The notes beneath the pieces are model-generated. The model searched no databases. It was not told the DNA's origin and saw only the letters and a list, made by a program, of their open reading frames with translations. Below, in pieces: positions 12,286 to 24,650 of a DNA stretch of 64,000 nucleotides. The stretch comes from Octopus sinensis. Taxonomy: Eukaryota. The stretch covers positions 68,324,001-68,388,000 of the forward strand of contig NC_042997.1 in NCBI RefSeq assembly GCF_006345805.1. Reading direction: 5' to 3'. Numbering within the stretch: the first letter of the stretch is position 1; every line of letters begins with the position of its first letter. A program made the translations under genes and the position numbers.

Positions 12286-12974
12286 ACATCTACTTGTCAG
12301 TCATCGGTCTGACGTACGTAACAAACGCGCGAACACATATAGAAAATGTGACGTCATCGGCGTTGTGTTGTTAGTGGTAAAATATCTCATTTACGATAGG
12401 TAACTAAAAATGATAATCTTAAATTTTGGCAATGCAAATAAGCGAATGAAAATATAGTTTAGTTGGTAGCCAAAAGCTTACTCAATCTTTTGATACCACA
12501 CACACATTATTTACATACATTAACTATTAATGACGGAAGCAACATTTGTAGCTAATATTAATTTGCACATCTAACTTAATTTGAATGTGTTAAGAACGCC
12601 GTGTATTACGGTAATCCTCCAAAGAAATCATCTGGCATAGATATCAGGCGTTAGAACAGCAGGGATTATATCTATAGACCAAATGTTGTTAGCACCGGTG
12701 GCTGGTACTGTCGTATAGCGTAATTTCAGCGTAAATTGCGCATCATCAACTCTAGGCAATCAAGCAGGTGGAAAACCAGTCAAACTGATATAAAGTTTAA
12801 CATTAAATAGTCAGAGATGTCGCAAAGACAAATGCTTCTTTCTACTTGACATTATAAAAAGCGCGCTTATTACTCTCACTGCAAGAGATGTTTTCATTGT
12901 CAGATATTGAGACACGCTTTCAGAATGAGGAATTTCCTCATAGAAACCCACAAGTTGGTATCTTGTATCTTTTA

Positions 12975-13355
12975 CTTTTTACAGTGACCGGACTGCAGCT
13001 ATTTTGGGTCACTACTTTCAAAGGTTTTGTTGTAGTTGAACGAATCGATCCCAGTACATTTTTAAAGCTTGGTACTTATTCTATCGGTTCTGCTATGCGA
13101 AACCGATAAGTTATGGGCTCGTAAACAAACCAACACCAGTTGTCAAACGGAGATGAGGAACAAATACAAGCACAAAGACGTACACTCACCCACATACATA
13201 GATACACCAACATATACGATAGGCTTGTTTCAATTTTCGTCTCTTAAAGAACTCACAAAGTAGTGTTTATGGTAGAGGACACTTGCCCAAGGTGCCACGT
13301 ACTAGGACTGAACCCAGAACCATGTGGATGGGAAGCAAGTTTCATGCTACACATC
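12975..13355 (-). mobile_element. tRNA-derived SINE, family B (diverged)
   Basis: Aligns in reverse to the full copy at 48522-48936 (cacttgcccaaggtgccacg..ggactgaaccc). Confidence 0.75.
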
Positions 13356-13978
13356 CAGAAGACAGATTTTTCAGGGATATATTTTATATTTTATGAAAGT
13401 TTTTTTTTAAGCTATTATAGTTAACACTGAGTGTTCTTACTTTGACGTTCCAAACTGAACTGTATGTACGTGCCATTCGCTAAATTCTGTCTGATTCATT
13501 TCTAATATTTGTGAACTTTTGTTTGCATTACAATTTTGGTCTGTACATATTACCCCACTTTTTTGCACGACTGCATATCTGGCCCTGTCACACATATTTT
13601 AGTTTAGTATGCACTATACTTCCTTTAATTTCATAGCATTTGACCTCTAGGTACTGAAATTTTTCTGTGACATTATCACTTAGACATATTAATCATTTGG
13701 ACATATTGATTTGCAATATTTCCTATTAACTACATCTTATTCAACATCAAATTTACCATTTATCTGAAACCCTTTAAAATCAATAATAGGTTAGTACTTA
13801 GTAATAATGTTGAAATTTTATTAGATATACAAACAAAACTATTTAATATACATCTGCTCGATAATCATATTTATTATCACCATTTTAATAAATAATTATT
13901 TGGACTATGTTATTAATAACATTTAAAACGCATCTCCCTTGTTTGTACAAATGCACGACGGATACTGAAATAAATATG

Positions 13979-15032
13979 TGAGGATCGGCTGAAAAGTTCA
14001 TAGGCTGACCAATGTACTCTCATGGGATATGACAAAATGAGGTTTATTTTTCACCATAGTCCCCGTTACTGTTCACGATTTCTTAAATCCGCATTGCAGT
14101 GCTTGCATCTCATTGGTGAAGAATCTTTCACCCTGTTGCCCCCCAAAATCAAATGACATCATTATCACGGCGATAAATGTTCCTAGTCAAGTATGTTTTC
14201 CATGTGGGGGAAGAGATGATAGTCAGATGTGGCCTATCCAGTTGAATAGGAACAGTGATCAACTAGATCAAAGCCACAGTCGCGCACATCAGCCACTGAA
14301 ACCAACGACCTGCGTGCTGGAGCATCGTTCGGATGAAGCAAGATCCCTCTCGTCAGTTTTCCTGGACCTTTGGTCTTGATAGACTTTCATAACTGCCTCA
14401 GCAAGTTGGCAGGGTACTCTCCATTTTGAGGTGCTTTTTGCATCTCGGAAAACTGAGGCCATCATCTTCCCTGCAGATGAAAAGTCCTTGGCGTTCTTTG
14501 GAGCAGATAAGGCGGGATAATTTCACTTTATGGATTATCTCTTTGTCTCTGACTCGAAGTGAAGACGCGAACACTCGCACTGGGTTAGGAAACTTTCAAA
14601 GAAACCATTGTGTAGAATATTCTCCATTCTCTCACAGGATACGCTAATGCCATTGGCTATTTGATTTATAGTCAATCGCCTGTCATCCACCACCATGTAG
14701 TGAATACAATCAATGTTCTCCTCGATAGTGGCAGTTGCAGGACGTCCAGACCGTACCCTCCCATCTCATCCCCTACTAAATTCAGGTGCACACTTTTGCA
14801 CTATTTATAAGCTGGAGTGTCTTCTCCTAATGTTGCAACCATGTAAGTATGAATGACTATGGGGGCTAAATCCTTTTCCTACAAGTAACTTGACAACATC
14901 ACAATGCCATATTTTGTCCATTTTTGAGAGACGTCGCTACTAATTATTTTTAAAGCCTTTGAACAATTGTCAGTTTACCTGGAAAGAAACACTCCTTTAT
15001 AATCAGCCTATAAACTTTTCAGCCCACCCTCG
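13979..15032 (-). mobile_element. Decayed mariner transposon with ~30-bp TIRs
   Basis: Left tgaggatcggctgaaaagttcataggctga vs right cagcctataaacttttcagcccaccctcg|ta; minus-strand remnants GFDLVDH.SYS..ATSDYHLFP. Confidence 0.8.
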
Positions 15033-15616
15033 TAATGTATTGTTTTAATTTGGAAAGCCTCAATTTCCATAGACCACTGTTTTATAAGAATGAAGAAAAG
15101 AAAACAATCTTGGCTCTGTATTTTGTTAAAGGAGAGTTTGATATATTTAATTAAACGTTTTTTGAGATTATTGATGTTGTTATTAGATATTTAAAGCCAG
15201 ATTAATTCTGATTAAGGTAGCCCATGATAAACCGTGATCCAGATACGAATATATAATCTCATTTTCAAACCCCGTATATCTCAGGTCACATCATCAAACG
15301 TTTCTTTCCTTAAAAGACACTGTATTTACTGTCTTATGCTACCAGGAAATCAAAAGGCCACCCAGAGGTCATATTCTTCGCGTTGTGTATCTTGATAGTC
15401 TTCTTAATTCCCTTGCTGAAATGATGAAAATAATGGGAAGTGTAATGGCTATGTTTATTAGATATGTCCGCTATTTGAGACGCGTAGATGAGCACACAAA
15501 CTCGCAGTTACACATATAGCGTATATATGTGTGTGTATGAGTGCATGCATATGCAAATATATGCATACATATATATTCCCATATATATATATACACACAC
15601 GATATATATATATATA

Positions 15617-15700
15617 TTTCTTTACTACCCACAAGGGGCTAAACACAGAAGGGACAAACAAGGACAGACAAACGGATTAAGTCGATTACATCGACCCCAG
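15617..15700 (-). mobile_element. SINE family A 3' fragment with alternative tail
   Basis: tttctttactacccacaaggggctaaacacaga..ggacaaacaaggacagaca..attaagtcgatta, nearly identical to 33949-34020. Confidence 0.7.
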
Positions 15701-15704
15701 TGTG

Positions 15705-16942
15705 TCTTATGGACGTTGAATCCATCAAACGATCGATGACGCTCATGGGGACAGCAGCCCACACTCTGTTAAAATTTGCAGTGAGATGTTCCGCATTTGT
15801 CAGTCTTGGACGGATGTCATTTAGCATTTTTTAAATTTCGTCCCGCAGGTGCTCTATGGGGTTCAAGTCCGGGCTGAGGGCAGGACATGGCAGGATTTTA
15901 TGCTATTGGAGGAAGCCTGTTGTTAACCTGGCAGTATGGACACGGGCGTTGTCGTGTTGGAACACGTGATTCCGATGACGGGCAAAGTATTGCGCAATGT
16001 GAGGCCTCAAAGATTGGTCGATGTAGCGAGCAGCGTTTACTCCACTTCGCCGGACTTGACGGATGTTTTAGAAGACCGACAGTCCAATTTTCTGGTTGCG
16101 TGTAATCCCGCCCCATACCATGATGCTCTGTCCACCACATGAGTCTCTCTCCATCCCACAGCCATCAGCATGACGTTCACTCCTTCTTCTCCATACCCTA
16201 GCTCCGTCATCTGCCACAGAAATGCAATATCGACTTTCGTCAGAGAAGACTACTGCCTTCCACTGCTGATATCGACAGTACTGACGTTTTTGACCCCACT
16301 TCAGACGTGCTCGTTGATGACGATCTGTGAGGATGGGGCCCCTCGCCGGACGTCGAACTGTCTCTGTACAAATAGGTCTGTGGTGACTCCCTATGGTCTG
16401 AATAGCTGATTCCGTTGCCCTCCGGAATCGGTCCTGCAAGTGCTTTCGGCGCAGGTGGCGACCTTGATATGCCGTTGTAACCCTTGGTCGGCCACTGCGT
16501 GGATAATCATCCGTGCTGTTTGTGGCATTATATCGTTCCCTCAGCTGCTCAATTGTTCGAATACTGCAGTTCAAGCTATTAACAATGACCTTTGGACGTT
16601 GACCAGTATGGAGACGTCCGATAGCTTGCTTCCTCTGATTTCGCATCACTGTTGGCGTGGTTGCTGCGTTCGGGGAACGAATGACAGGCTGGTAAACTTG
16701 GGTGTCTTTTGTACCCAATGAGTCAACGTTTTGACCCTGCATCATGCTTTACATAAAGATGCGTTCGCGAGTATTACTATGTTCAAGAAAAGTGAGCGAG
16801 TTCGAACCCTACATGCAATCCTTGTGTTTTCAAAAGGGAGTGGTGTCAAACTACCTAAAAATGTTATAAAATCCATATAATCTCGATATCGTGTGTGAAC
16901 AAATAATCTTTTACTGTGCAACGTTTCTTTTGTGGTTCAGCA
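15705..16942 (-). mobile_element. Decayed Tc1-family transposon, one end lost
   Basis: ORF 16068-16745: PRSGRPRVTT, WKAVVFSDESRY, GGQSIMVWGGI; downstream QHDNARVH..SPDLNPIE with internal stop. Confidence 0.85.
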
Positions 16943-16954
16943 TACACACACAAT

Positions 16955-17162
16955 AATAATTTCAAATTTTTGCCACAAGAGTAGCTTGAGGGAGGGGATT
17001 AAGTCGAGTACATCAGCCACAGTGCGTAACTGGTACTTATTTAATCGACCCCGAAAGGACGAAAAGCAAAGTCGACCTCGGCGGAATTTGAACTCAGAAC
17101 GTAGCGACGAGTGAAATAGCATTTCGCCCTGGGCGCTATCGATTCTGCCAGCTCGCCGCCTT
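16955..17162 (-). mobile_element. SINE family A
   Basis: Reverse complement of family A head and core (gacctcggcggaatttgaactcagaacgt..ctgccagctcgccgcc). Confidence 0.85.
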
Positions 17163-17195
17163 AACAACAACCATAATAATAATAATGGTAATAAT

Positions 17196-17400
17196 CCTTT
17201 CTACTATAAGCACAAAGTCTTAAATTTGTTGGGAGGGGTCAAGTCGATTACATCGACCCCAGTACTGAACTGGTACTTAATTATTCGATCTCGAAAGGAT
17301 GAAAGGCAAAGACCTCGGCGGAATTTGAACTCAGAACATAAAGACGGAAGAAATGCCTCTAAGCGCTTTTCTTCGGAATGCTAACGATTCTGCCAGCTCG
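17196..17400 (-). mobile_element. SINE family A
   Basis: Second tandem reverse copy, separated from the previous one by an (AAT)-like tract. Confidence 0.85.
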
Positions 17401-18002
17401 AAACAATAATAATAATGATAGTACATGAAGAAATAAATAAATCATTTGGCAATTGGTGAAGTGGGAGTAAAAGGGAAAACAAGAATCTAAATTTCAAAAG
17501 GAGCAAATTCACTAACTTACTTAAAAGCAAATGAAATAAATGATAAAAAGAAATATTATGCTTATCGAATTGACATGTAAAAAATCTTATTTCTTTCATG
17601 CTTGAAGGAGAATGTAATTAAAGAAACAACAGCAAAGACAAAATGAATAAATAAAAAAGAAGAAAAGAAAAAATACTTGGTGATAATAAAATCTTTCCAG
17701 TGTCTCACTGTGAACAGGAGCAGTGGAGCTGGGTAAATGACAAATGGGATAATGAGCAACGAAACTTTTTCATGGTAGATAATAGACAATATCATTTACA
17801 ACAAATAGATTAACTGCAGCTAAAAGGGATCTTCTAAGATGTTTTTCTAATTTGATTTAACGCACAATCTCAGTGTAAATTGGTCCGTTTTTACATACAT
17901 GCATTCATTCATACATACATACATACATACATACATACATACATACATACATACATACATACATACATACATAATGCACTCACATACACACACACATATA
18001 AA

Positions 18003-18175
18003 TATTGATTTCAGATTTTGGCACAAGGCCAGAGGAGGTAAATCGATTGCATCGACACTAGTGTTCAACTGGTACTTATTTTATCGATCTCGAAGGGATG
18101 AAAGGCAAAGTTAACCTTGGCCGAATTTGAACTCAGAACGTAATGAAGAACGAAGTGCTGCTAAGCATTTTGTGC
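18003..18175 (-). mobile_element. SINE family A, partial
   Basis: cgaagggatgaaaggcaaagttaaccttggccgaatttgaactcagaacgt. Confidence 0.75.
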
Positions 18176-18243
18176 TAATGGTTTTTATAAAGACACACAC
18201 ACACACACACACACAGACACAAGTCACACACACACACACACAG

Positions 18244-18277
<34 letters not shown>

Positions 18278-18299
18278 TTAGCTTTTTAAAAAACAAATC

Positions 18300-18600
18300 T
18301 TTTGCTTAGTTAGTATGTCTGGGTTTTGGTAAATCCCCTCCTCATAAAGTCTCACATGCAGCAATGTTCTAACATCCACAAACCATTCAAAAGAGGTGTC
18401 TCTCGCGCCTGGTACTTTTGTTTCACGACCTCCTCCAGCAACTCTGAAACGTTTCTTTGGATTTTTTTCAGCGCTGTCAAGTTCACCTTTCAAATATTTT
18501 TCATAACAGTGTTTGGCTACTTTAACAGCATAATCAAAGAGTCGGTCAGAGGTTTTGACACCGGCCAAATTCAAGTGAGACAAACGAGCTGCTTTGGCGA
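18300..18600 (-). mobile_element. Possible pogo-like transposase N-terminal remnant
   Basis: KKRFRVAGGGRETKVPGARDTSFEWFVDVR resembles the linker and CENP-B-type HTH start of pogo-family proteins; no TIRs located. Confidence 0.45.
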
Positions 18601-19379
18601 GATATCCCTGTTTCGGGGTATCTGGGACATGGCGTTTCCTTTTCTATTCCCTCTAATACAGAATCATACTCTTCTTTGCATTTGTTCACGATAGCAATTG
18701 CTTGCTTTTCTGTTATAGAATAATTTCCATACGTTGCACTAATCTTTTCTCTGCCATGATGTTATGAAAAAAAGTTCAAAGAGAAATTACTCGAGTCGTG
18801 TTGAGTTGTTAAATCCTTATTCCGTTTAAAAACTTGTCCTGTAAGGATAAAGGGTTCGTTATTGAAGTTCTTAGTTTGCGTGAATTTGTGTTGGTGATTG
18901 GTAGAGAAATCGTAGAGAAATTGAACATGAAGACTTGTTGACTTCAGCGTGGAGTAGCAGTAAGCTACCAAGTATACTATAGACTGTGCAGTTGTCCAAT
19001 TTCAAGTTTTTATAAACTCTGGCTGGTTGTAAAGCAATTTCCTCGTTTTCTGTCCTGAAGCAGGTGTGTTGTGTCTAAATGATCGATCTTAGGGTTGAAG
19101 GTTATCAATGCCCTAAAATGTTGAAGGCACACCCACATAATCGTTGGCTACATATACTGCGGATAAATATTTTTCTTCCATGCGTTATGAAAACAAATAG
19201 AATATTCCAGGTTTTCTTTCCATTCGTCATCAGTTTTTTTTTTCTGTCATGCTGATTCGCAATTTGTGTCAGTCAAAATAATAATGATTTTCTCAGAGTT
19301 TGTTGTTTTGTAGTAGTAACGGGAGTCAATTTAACTGACTTTCCCTTTCCCTTTAAATTGCTGGCCTTGTGCCTAAGCA

Positions 19380-19570
19380 TCGGACAACGTGCCTTACAGC
19401 GTAGAGTTATGGCCCATTACATTCTGAATTCAATCCCGCTGAGTTTAGCTTTACCTTTCATTCCTACGGGATCGATGAAATAAAGCACCAGTAATATACT
19501 GGCCCACTTTAATCCACTTGTCCCTCCCCACAAATTGTCGGCCTTGTGTCTAAATGAGAAATCATTATTT
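19380..19570 (+). mobile_element. SINE family A (diverged)
   Basis: ttctgaattcaatcccgctgag..tacctttcattcctacgggatcgatgaaataaagcaccag..ggccttgtgtc. Confidence 0.65.
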
Positions 19571-19702
19571 AAAATTTTCTAGGCTGTCACCTTTGATATT
19601 TTTCTAAAACCAGGATTAGTTATTTAGTTTATATGTTCTATTTATTTTATAACATATAGTATTACTTGTAATGTTCTTTTTGTTAATGTTACATATATAT
19701 AT

Positions 19703-20083
19703 GGAGGCGCAATGGCCCAGTGGTTAGGGCAGCGGACTCGCGGTCGTAGGATCGCGGTTTCGATTCCCAGACCGGGCGTTGTGAGTGGTTATTGAGCGAA
19801 AACACCTAAAGCTCCACGAGGCTCCGGCAGGGGATGGTGGTGATCCCTGCTGTACTCTTTCACCACAACTTTCTCTCACTCTTACTTCCTGTTTCTGTTG
19901 TACCTGTATTTCAAAGGGCCGGCCTTGTCACTCTCTGTGTCACGCTGAATATCCCCGAGAACTACGTTAAGGGTACACGTGTCTGTGGAGTGCTCAGCCA
20001 CTTACACGTTAATTTCACGAGCAGGCTGTTCTGTTGATCGGATCAACCGGAACCCTCGTCGTCGTAACCGACGGAGTGCTTCC
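19703..20083 (+). mobile_element. tRNA-derived SINE, family C, apparently full length
   Basis: A-box-like tggcccagtggttagg, B-box-like ggtttcgattccc; flanked by acatatatatat on both sides (19691-19702, 20084-20095), a possible target-site duplication. Confidence 0.85.
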
Positions 20084-20718
20084 ACATATATATATATATA
20101 TATGTAAAATAGAATTATCAGATTCTCCAGCTATTGTATCAATATGAATAGCTTACAATAAAATTTCACCGGAGAGAGATTAGTAAAATTTAATAAGTGG
20201 GGAGGGTTAGAATAAAAGCGGGGAGATCTTAAAAATTAATAAGGGGAGGAAAGCGTGGCGGGGTGACGGTGGTGGTGGACAAAATCTGTAAAATTAATAA
20301 GCGGGGTGGGGGGCATTATTCAAGGCCCCAGAGTATGTATTTATTGCTTTAACACACATTCTATCTCATTAACATGAAGTACGGTAAGCTGCATAACAGC
20401 GTTATAGTTTAGCTTGCCATTAAAAACTATGCAATGTTCATGTGAATAAAAAGTCTGCCTTATCTCGTATATATATATATATGTATGTATGTAAAAGGTA
20501 GAAATGGAACACACGAGCTGATATATATGGAAAAAAAGCCAAAGTAGAAAATGCTAAAATAATTTTATAAAATATATTTTAGTAGCGGCTTCAGTCATTG
20601 AGACTTTTTCAACTGTAAGTATGGAAGACAATTAAATTTTGGAAAAATTAAAAGAAAAGGTTTCTAAAAGAATATTTGCATAGTATTCAAATACAAGGGG
20701 CATTTCCTTGTTTCTGCC

Positions 20719-20908
20719 TGTCTCTGTCTTTGTCCCCCATCCCTGCTTGACAACCGGTGTTTATGTGTTTATGTACCCGTAATTAAGAGGTTCGTCAAAA
20801 GAGACCGATAGAATAAGTACTAGGGTCGACTTGTTCGACATAATATCCTTCAAGGCGGTGCTCCAGCATGGCCGCAATCAAATGACTGAAATAAGTAAAG
20901 CAATAAAA
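20719..20908 (+). mobile_element. SINE family B, 3' half
   Basis: gagaccgatagaataagtact..aaggcggtgctccagcatggccgca.tcaaatgactgaaa. Confidence 0.8.
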
Positions 20909-20916
20909 TACTAAAA

Positions 20917-20974
<58 letters not shown>

Positions 20975-20984
20975 TATATATATA

Positions 20985-22233
20985 CAGGGTGCGTAAGGTG
21001 CTTGAGGACATATTTATATTTATAAAAACTGATATATAATAACAGAAAATAAATTTATCAAAAAATGCCATGAGAATAAAAATAAACCTTCTTTTCTATA
21101 ATGTTATACAATAAAGCCACCTTCAGTTTCAATAACTGCTTCTAAATGAGATATAAATCATCTACATGTTCGAAACAAGTGGTCGTAGATAATTTTGGAC
21201 ATTACTCTGACTATGGAAGCTTTCAAAGAATCTTTGGTGTTATGGGCGTATTCATTGACTTCTCTCTCAACAACGCTTCACATGTAATAGTCCAATGGAT
21301 TGAGATCTGGAGAATTAGGAGGCCAAATGTTAGGAGTTATGTGAGCATGAAGATTTTCGGCCATACATTCCTGTGTTACTAGGGCCATGAGTGATAGTGC
21401 AGAGTCTTACTGAAACACACGGCCTTCCATCGCATACACTGTCTATCCAGGGCTTAACAATTATTTCCAGGACCTTAATGTAGGCGGCAGAGTTATCTCT
21501 AAGGCTTTGTGGAAAGAAGTAAGGAGGCATCACATGTCCTCCATTGCTGAGTACCTCTAAACTATGACAATTGCAGGAAATTTTGTATGCATAACACTTG
21601 GAACTTCAGAAGGATTTGCACATAACCATGTGTCATTTCTTCTGTTAACTTTTTCGAACTTGGTCGAAGTTTTTCTCGTTTGAGAAAAACCAAATCTTCT
21701 GATGGATTTTTCAGTTTGTTTAAGAGCCTTTCAGATTTGATATAAAGAGTTTCTTTTGCTTTTTCTGACAAATTGACCATTCCTCATCATATGAGACTTA
21801 TATCTGATGTATTCGTGGACAACATTTCTGATTGTTCCTTCTGACACATGGAGATACTTTGCAATTGACCTCATGGACTTTCTGGGTTTGTAATCAATGG
21901 TCTGTTGAACTTGCTGGATAAATTCAGGTGTTCTGATGACTTCAGAGCGTTTAGAATGCGTATTATACTTTGATACTGGTGATACGTTTTCATCTTCAGT
22001 CTGTAGCTCCTGACAAACTTTATAGGCGTAAGATCTGGCAATTTTTAAAAATCGAGATATTTCTAAATCGCTATGCTCCGCATTTATAACCCCAATAACA
22101 ACATACCTCTTCATTTATTGAGTAAACTGAGGGTCTGCCATTATTATCTTCTGAAACAAAGATTATACAGGGTTAGCAAAAAATGCAGCAATGACCCCCC
22201 AAAGCTATGTCCTCAAATACCTCAAACACCCTG
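20985..22233 (-). mobile_element. maT-family (DD37D) Tc1/mariner transposon, full length but defective
   Basis: TIRs cagggtgcgtaaggtgcttgaggacata / tatgtcctcaaatacctcaaacaccctg, TA on both sides; minus strand VFQ*DSALS..WPPNSPDLNPLD with 37 residues between the two D; several stops and frameshifts. Confidence 0.9.
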
Positions 22234-23049
22234 TATATATATATACAGGGATATACATAGACAGATAAAAACCCATCAATTATACCTAATGATTTTGGAG
22301 CCATTAAGTACATGTCCTTGCTCAAAATTGCCCAAGAGGTTTGTACTTCCTGGAATAAAGTCATTAACCGTCCAAAGGTATTAGTAAAATAAGCATATAA
22401 TTAAATCATGCGTATGATATGCCATAAAACTGGAAAAAAGACTATTTGAAGTTATAGTTTGTTGGCAACCGTCGTCTCTTTTAATTTCCTTTCTTTCATA
22501 AACGAGTGGATTCCCACACTACTACTACTACAACTGCTGCTGCTGCTGCTGCCGTCCATGCTGCTGCTGCTGCTGATGATGATGACTACGCGTCGAGTTA
22601 TGTTGGGTTAAACGGTGATGAATCGCTGCTGTTTCTTTTGTTACTGCAATGGGTTTAGCGTTAATGATTTTGCCTAGGGTAAGATTTGAGTTGAGCACAG
22701 TAACTAGCTCTCATTGGATTATTCAAAGTGCCTTTGCCTACTCTTATCAAAGACGCAACGTACACATTTTACGTAGGAGTAAAGAAAGACTGCTTATGAA
22801 AATATTCTTGGCACTTTATACTGTTTTTCCTTAGTTTGCTTTGATAGCGGAAGTCGGAACAAACCTTTAGCCTGCTTAAGTTTTCACAATCTACGCAGTG
22901 CTATTTCTGTTCTTTTATTAATTTTGAACATGATAGAGTTGGTTCGCAAAGATTGTTCTTGTTCAGAAAGGATCAAGCTTTCTGCCTCCTTCTTTAAAGA
23001 TCCATGTCCTAATCAGCTACATTCTGGTGTTAGACAAATTCTCCGTATA

Positions 23050-24650
23050 GGACTTTCTTTTAGTTACTGATCTTTTCATAAAGCTTTATTTTTGTACTCC
23101 TGAACACTTTTTGTACTCATTAATTGCAGCCAGTAAAATCTGTTCCCTCACTCTCCCTAAGATAGGTATGCAATGACTTGCTTTCCCTCAGACTCTCCTC
23201 TATTGCAATCAATCCATTTCCTCCATCCTTCCTTGGTAGATAAAGACTTGCTTCATTACTTCTAGTATGAAGGTATCTGTGTATCGCTATTTTCTACTTC
23301 TTCTGTCCATGGTGACCAGTTCCTCTTTCGTCTATTCAAACACTCTCATACTTTAGCAGACCGTACCTATGGCCCACACGTTAGTGCCTCTGATTAGATT
23401 GTTTTTATTCACTTTGGATCGACACAGCTTCTTCACTCTTGTATGTTTTCTGATATGATATTGTCCTTCTTCCTTGTGGTCATCGTCTAGTCTAACTGTA
23501 AAATACTACGGTACACATTTCTCTCTGTTTCAGCTTATTGTCCGGAAGTGCTGCTTTATTACTGTTTCCGTTCTCCTATCATTTATCGGTCAACGCTCTT
23601 TACTAGACCATTCGGCATACGGACAGTTTGTGAGAAAATGATCTCTGCTAGCTCCATAAAGTTTCAAATTGTTCTCGGACAGTGTGTGGTCAATCGGTCT
23701 CATGTTCTTTTGCAGTTTGTAATCATCTCTCCTCTTCTGGACAGCCAGTATCAGTGGCAACATGGTAACAATAAACATCAACAATGACAAGGTATCTCCT
23801 CGAAAGATTCCCATTCTCATGTTGACCTGACCAAGATCACTCCCTCCTGCTCTCTGTCGGAACTACATTCCAATTCTTCAGTCTGATGTTGATTAAAGGT
23901 ATCTTGTTTTAGCTGCCTTAGCCAATACAATTCATTTCAAAATCCATGAATAAGGCATCATGTCATACATGTTCTTGCGATCAATCCAGGCCATTGGCAA
24001 GTCTATCAACTTTCTCCAGCAGTTCTTTAAAATTACCTTATTTACAAGAAACTGATACTTTGTTATTCATGATCCTTTTACGCAGCCCTTCTTTTCATTA
24101 GCTTGTAGTTGATTTCTTTCATGGTTCACATATAGTTTTTCGCTCTTTATTCCAACGAGGAGTTTCCACATCATGGGTAAGCAAGCGACCGGCCCGTAGT
24201 TATTAGCCTTATCACCCTTAACTGGATTTTTTGAATCAGCAATACTCTTCCTTTCCTCATCAACTGTGTTAGAATTCCTGACACACATAGTTTTGTGGGA
24301 CCTGTTGTGGCTTAGGATGTAACTTTGTTTATCTTTTGAACTAAATACATTAAACTGGGTTAGTGCCAGCTGTCTTCCAGTCAGTCATCTTACTAACTCC
24401 AGTTCATATATCCTCCTTCATGATGGTAATGATCACGCGCATCCCTGTGTCATTCAATTCCTGTTCTATTTCTTCAAGTCAAGTTGTCTTCTCATTGTGT
24501 CTAACTTCTTATCAGATCTTGTTCCAAAACGAATTTGATTCTGTGGGATCAGGCAACAGCTCTTCCTCGTTTCCCACCATCCAGAGTTCCGCAGAACAGT
24601 TGATTTTGTTTGAATTGTAGGTACATTCCTCGCGTCCCTGGTTTTATTCT
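23050..24650 (-). mobile_element. Decayed R4/Dong-like (RLE-clade) LINE, RT region
   Basis: KGDKANNYGPVACLPMMWKLL..KKGC; MGIFRGDTLSLLMFIV..IDHTL..NNLKLYG; EELVTMDRRSRK. Confidence 0.75.

Noticed and set aside
19703-19780. tRNA gene
   Set aside because: tRNA-like A/B boxes are SINE heads; no complete cloverleaf, and the sequence continues into a repeat body
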